Shown here one piece after another: positions 60,161 through 64,000 of a stretch of 64,000 nt of DNA. The stretch is from Salpingoeca rosetta. Lineage: Eukaryota; Protista; Choanoflagellata. The notes below the pieces were generated by a model that was not told where the DNA came from, did no database searches, and saw only the letters and a list, made by a program, of their open reading frames with translations. Position 1 is the stretch's first letter, and each line of letters opens with the position of its first letter. Location of the stretch: positions 93,873 to 157,872 of the forward strand of contig JAWQFM010000003.1 in NCBI GenBank assembly GCA_033442325.1. Direction: 5' to 3'. A program made the translations under genes and the position numbers.

Positions 60161-60455
60161 CTGAGTCCGTGGTTTGTGTTAGGTTTGAGTCAATAAACCG
60201 TTTGATGGCGTGGTCATGGTGTGTTGTTGGCTCGTTATTTGTATTGATGATTCAGCACAGACATCCAGAACAGACATCCAGCACAACACAGACAGCACGT
60301 TGACACGAAGGACTATGGAACCAAGTAACAGCCAAGAACTTGGGGAGGAGTACTGTGTGGGGGGGGGGGCACATGAGATGAGTGGTTGAGCGAGCACACG
60401 GGAAGTGATGTTGTTGGATGCTGGCGGGTGATGTTGGATGCGACAACGCACGGCA

Positions 60456-61133
60456 TCACTCCTTGGCGGTGCTGTCATTCGGTTGCTTGGAGGGGCTGGC
60501 AGATTGGGAGAGGGCGCGTAGACGCAGCGCACGGATCTCCTCATGGGACATTTGACGAGGTAACGGCGCCTGCTTGTCTTCATCATCATCCTCATCATTG
60601 TCATCATCGTCACCGTTGTTAGCATGAGATGTTGTCGTGTCGTTCTTCTGCGGTGGTGGATCCGCCACCACCTCTTCCACTTCCGCATCGTCATCATCAT
60701 CATCATCATCTTCTTCTTCTTCTTCATCGTTATCGTCATCATCGTCGTCGTCGTCGTCATCATCATCATCACCATCATCTTCTTCTTCTTCATCGTCGTC
60801 GTGGTTGCCATCACCGCCTTGTTCCGCCTTCTTCTCTGCCGTATCATCATCATCACCAGCGTTGTCGTCGTCGTCGTCATCATCATCATCATTGCGCTGG
60901 GCAGCCGTGGGAGCGGGTGGCCTGATGGTGCACACGGACCACAATCATCGCGCACAGAAGAGCAAGATGCGACGCAAGTCAGCACGGGGGGGGGGGGTGG
61001 GAGCACAGAACAATTATACACCGCATACCCACACACGTAAACACATACACGAACGCGGACACGGACGGACACGGAAACAAGAACACACACACACATACAT
61101 AGAGAGAGAGACGGACGGACAGACAGACAGACG

Positions 61134-61185
<52 letters not shown>

Positions 61186-61688
61186 CACACACACACACGT
61201 GTGTGTGTGTGTGTGCATAGGAGCAGGCGTACTCTGCGAGCGTCTCATATTGACCGAATCTGAGAATGAGTGCATCCACATCGCGCTTGAGGCGCCGCAG
61301 AAACGCAATGCGCGCCATCACCTGCAGCCATCAGCGTTGAGGTGGTCGTGACATGGGTGCTCGTGACACGGGTGGTGGCAGTGAATGCAAGTGTTGTTGG
61401 TTGTGGCACAGCAACAGCGACGTGCGTTCGAATGCGCATGTGCACACGTGTGTATGCGCGTGCATGAGCCTGTGTGTGTGCATGTGTGATGCCGTACCTG
61501 CTGGCGTGTGTTCCCCTCCATCTCCGCCAGCTGCTCATCAGAGAGCGGCTGCAGGTCCTCCGTCGAGACTGCACCGCGTGTGCAAATGACGACGGCAGCA
61601 GCGGTGTCGACACAAGAGTTAGATGTAGGGCGTGGAGGCGTCAATCACACAGAACAGCAGGCGCTTGTTGACGAGACACAACACACAC

Positions 61689-61729
<41 letters not shown>

Positions 61730-61972
61730 ACACACACACACAATACACACAGACAGAGACGCGCACGGGTACAGGCTAGATTGGATTGGTGCCGCAGCGC
61801 ACTTTGTCGGTTGAAGTCGAATTCCATGACGAATGGGGGCGGTGGAGGCGGCGGCGGGAGCATACCAGGCTGAGATGGCGGTGGTGGTGATTGTGGCAGT
61901 GGCGCAATGACCGTGAAGGGTGAGAGGGGCACGTATTGGATGTTTTGGGAAGCGACATGGTATTGAGAGAGA

Positions 61973-62042
<70 letters not shown>

Positions 62043-62460
62043 NNNNNNNNNNNNNNNNNNNNNNNNNNNNNNNNNNNNNNNNNNNNNNNNNNNNNNNNNN
62101 NNNNNNNNNNNNNNNNNNNNNNNNNNNNNNNNNNNNNNNNNNNNNNNNNNNNNNNNNNNNNNNNNNNNNNNNNNNNNNNNNNNNNNNNNNNNNNNNNNNN
62201 NNNNNNNNNNNNNNNNNNNNNNNNNNNNNNNNNNNNNNNNNNNNNNNNNNNNNNNNNNNNNNNNNNNNNNNNNNNNNNNNNNNNNNNNNNNNNNNNNNNN
62301 NNNNNNNNNNNNNNNNNNNNNNNNNNNNNNNNNNNNNNNNNNNNNNNNNNNNNNNNNNNNNNNNNNNNNNNNNNNNNNNNNNNNNNNNNNNNNNNNNNNN
62401 NNNNNNNNNNNNNNNNNNNNNNNNNNNNNNNNNNNNNNNNNNNGAGAGAGAGAGAGAGAG

Positions 62461-62527
<67 letters not shown>

Positions 62528-63131
62528 TGTGTGTGTGTGTGTGTGCGTGTGTGCATGTGCGTGTGTGTGTCAAGTCACCTGGAATGGCGGCATGGGGAAT
62601 GGGGGCATGAACGGCGGTGGAGCAGGGAGGCGGCGACCAGATGAAGAAGAAGACGACGCCCCGGCCGCTGATGATGATGATGCTGTAGTCGTGGTCGTGG
62701 TCGTGGTCGTGGCGGGTGCACCGGCCATCGCCGCGGGTCCAGGCTGCTGCCGCTGCTGCTGTTGACCATCACCACGCTCCTGTTGCTGGTCCCTTTGCTG
62801 CCGCTGAGCTGCCGCTGCCGCTGCTGCCGCCAGTGCTTGCGGTGTCGGCCAACCAAAGTTATCCGGCCGCTGTTGCTGCTGCTGTTGCTGCTGCTGTACA
62901 TGTGGTGGCGGTGGCCGTGGCTGTGGCTGTCCCGGCACACCTGGTTGCTGTCGCTGCTGCTGCTGCTGCTGCTGTTGTTGTTGTTGGCGCTGGCGCTGTG
63001 TAAGGAGGTCGAGGTCTGCGCGGCAGGCGGGGCAGGTCTGGTTCTCCTGCAGCCACCGGCGCAGGCAGTTGAGGTGGAACACATGCCCACACGGCAGCCT
63101 GTCGTCGTCGTCGTCGTCGTCGTCGTTGTTG

Positions 63132-63163
<32 letters not shown>

Positions 63164-63940
63164 GAGTGTGGTGGTGAATACCATGTGCATGTTTGCAACA
63201 AACGTTGGCCAGTGCCAAGGTCAGTGACAGCAACAGCAACAATAGCAAAGGTAAGCAGCAGGCAGTGTGTGCGTACTTCTTCCCGCTGTCCATGTCCTCC
63301 AGGCAGATGTTGCATGCGGGGCTGCCTTGAAGGTCCTCCGGCGTGGCGTCTGTGAGCGCTTCGCCCAAACGAGCGAGAACGCGACGCGCGCGCATGAAAT
63401 CCCGCAGCCGCCGCGTAAACGACCTGTTGTTGTTGGTGGTGGTGGTGTTGGTTGCCCGAGGGATGGCACAGGGGGTATGCATTGGTGGGTGATTAGACAG
63501 GGGGGACGGAGTGAAGTGAGTTGACAAGAGTTGGATTTGAAGCACAAACCACGAAGGACAAACAGCAAACACAGACACAGACACACACGCACACACTGAC
63601 ACAAGCCCCCAGACGCACGAGAACGTGATGAAGAGGTCGCGGAGGAGGTGGAGTGGGATGGTGTAGAAGTTGACGAGGATGCCGAAGAACGCAATGTACG
63701 CAAGCAGCCGGATAAAGTCTGCACGCGTTCCCGTGGGGCGGTGGGGGGGGCATGGGTGAATGGGGGACGTGTGTGTTTAAGTGAGTGAGTGTGTGTGTAA
63801 GTGAGTGTGTGTGGTGTGTAAGTGAGTGGCGTGTGGTGTAATTGAGAGGGTGTGTGAGTGAGAGAGTGTGGGTCAGTGAGTACATGTTGATGGGCTCCTC
63901 TAACGAGATCAGCAACGCGTCTAACGCGCAATCGGTGATT
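60456..63940 (-). CDS. SYVN1: ERAD E3 ubiquitin ligase HRD1/synoviolin, 3' part (continues beyond window)
   Basis: [11 protein letters not shown]...[13 protein letters not shown]; RING-H2 CNICLEDM...[26 protein letters not shown]; HAF-H-like [24 protein letters not shown]; terminal [11 protein letters not shown] (p97-binding-like). Confidence 0.9.
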
Positions 63941-64000
63941 GCTCTCCTGGCAACGTGAGAATATGTCAGGACGTCTAGGTGAAGTGCGGCGGCGCATCCC

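Overview
Gene-dense, intron-rich eukaryotic DNA whose introns are filled with (CA)n/(GT)n microsatellites. The style and gene content suggest a choanoflagellate (Salpingoeca rosetta-like); this is inference. Most of the ORF track (poly-HT/CV, poly-Q/L/E/F) is microsatellite noise, so genes were rebuilt by hand across GT-AG introns and internal exon boundaries are approximate. About 20 protein genes are present, nearly all in tight head-to-head pairs: OATP (3' end), MDH1, PTPA, jagunal, PRORP, a P-type PPR protein, a KDM6-like JmjC gene, SLC25A20, PPM1K-like PP2C, RPB11, RPP14, CCDC103, Get5/Ubl4A-like, DUS3, a Dpy-30/TerD protein, CCDC92/74-like, TYW3 (3' part), COX19, RMND1, GH27 alpha-galactosidase, IMP1 and HRD1 (3' part). 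There are also two identical tRNA-Glu(CTC) genes. Highlights: (1) a ~6.2-kb island bracketed by two outward-facing identical tRNA-Glu genes, containing a divergent UTX/JMJD3-type H3K27-demethylase-like gene with a young 162-bp coding repeat; (2) a Dpy-30 + coiled-coil + dynein-MTBD-like + 2x TerD protein, a candidate Ca2+-sensing flagellar component; (3) PRORP 96 bp head-to-head with an intronless PPR gene; (4) RPP14 and CCDC103 coding sequences overlapping antisense by 52 nt; (5) a Get5 with fungal-type architecture. All family calls are from motif recognition, not database searches.
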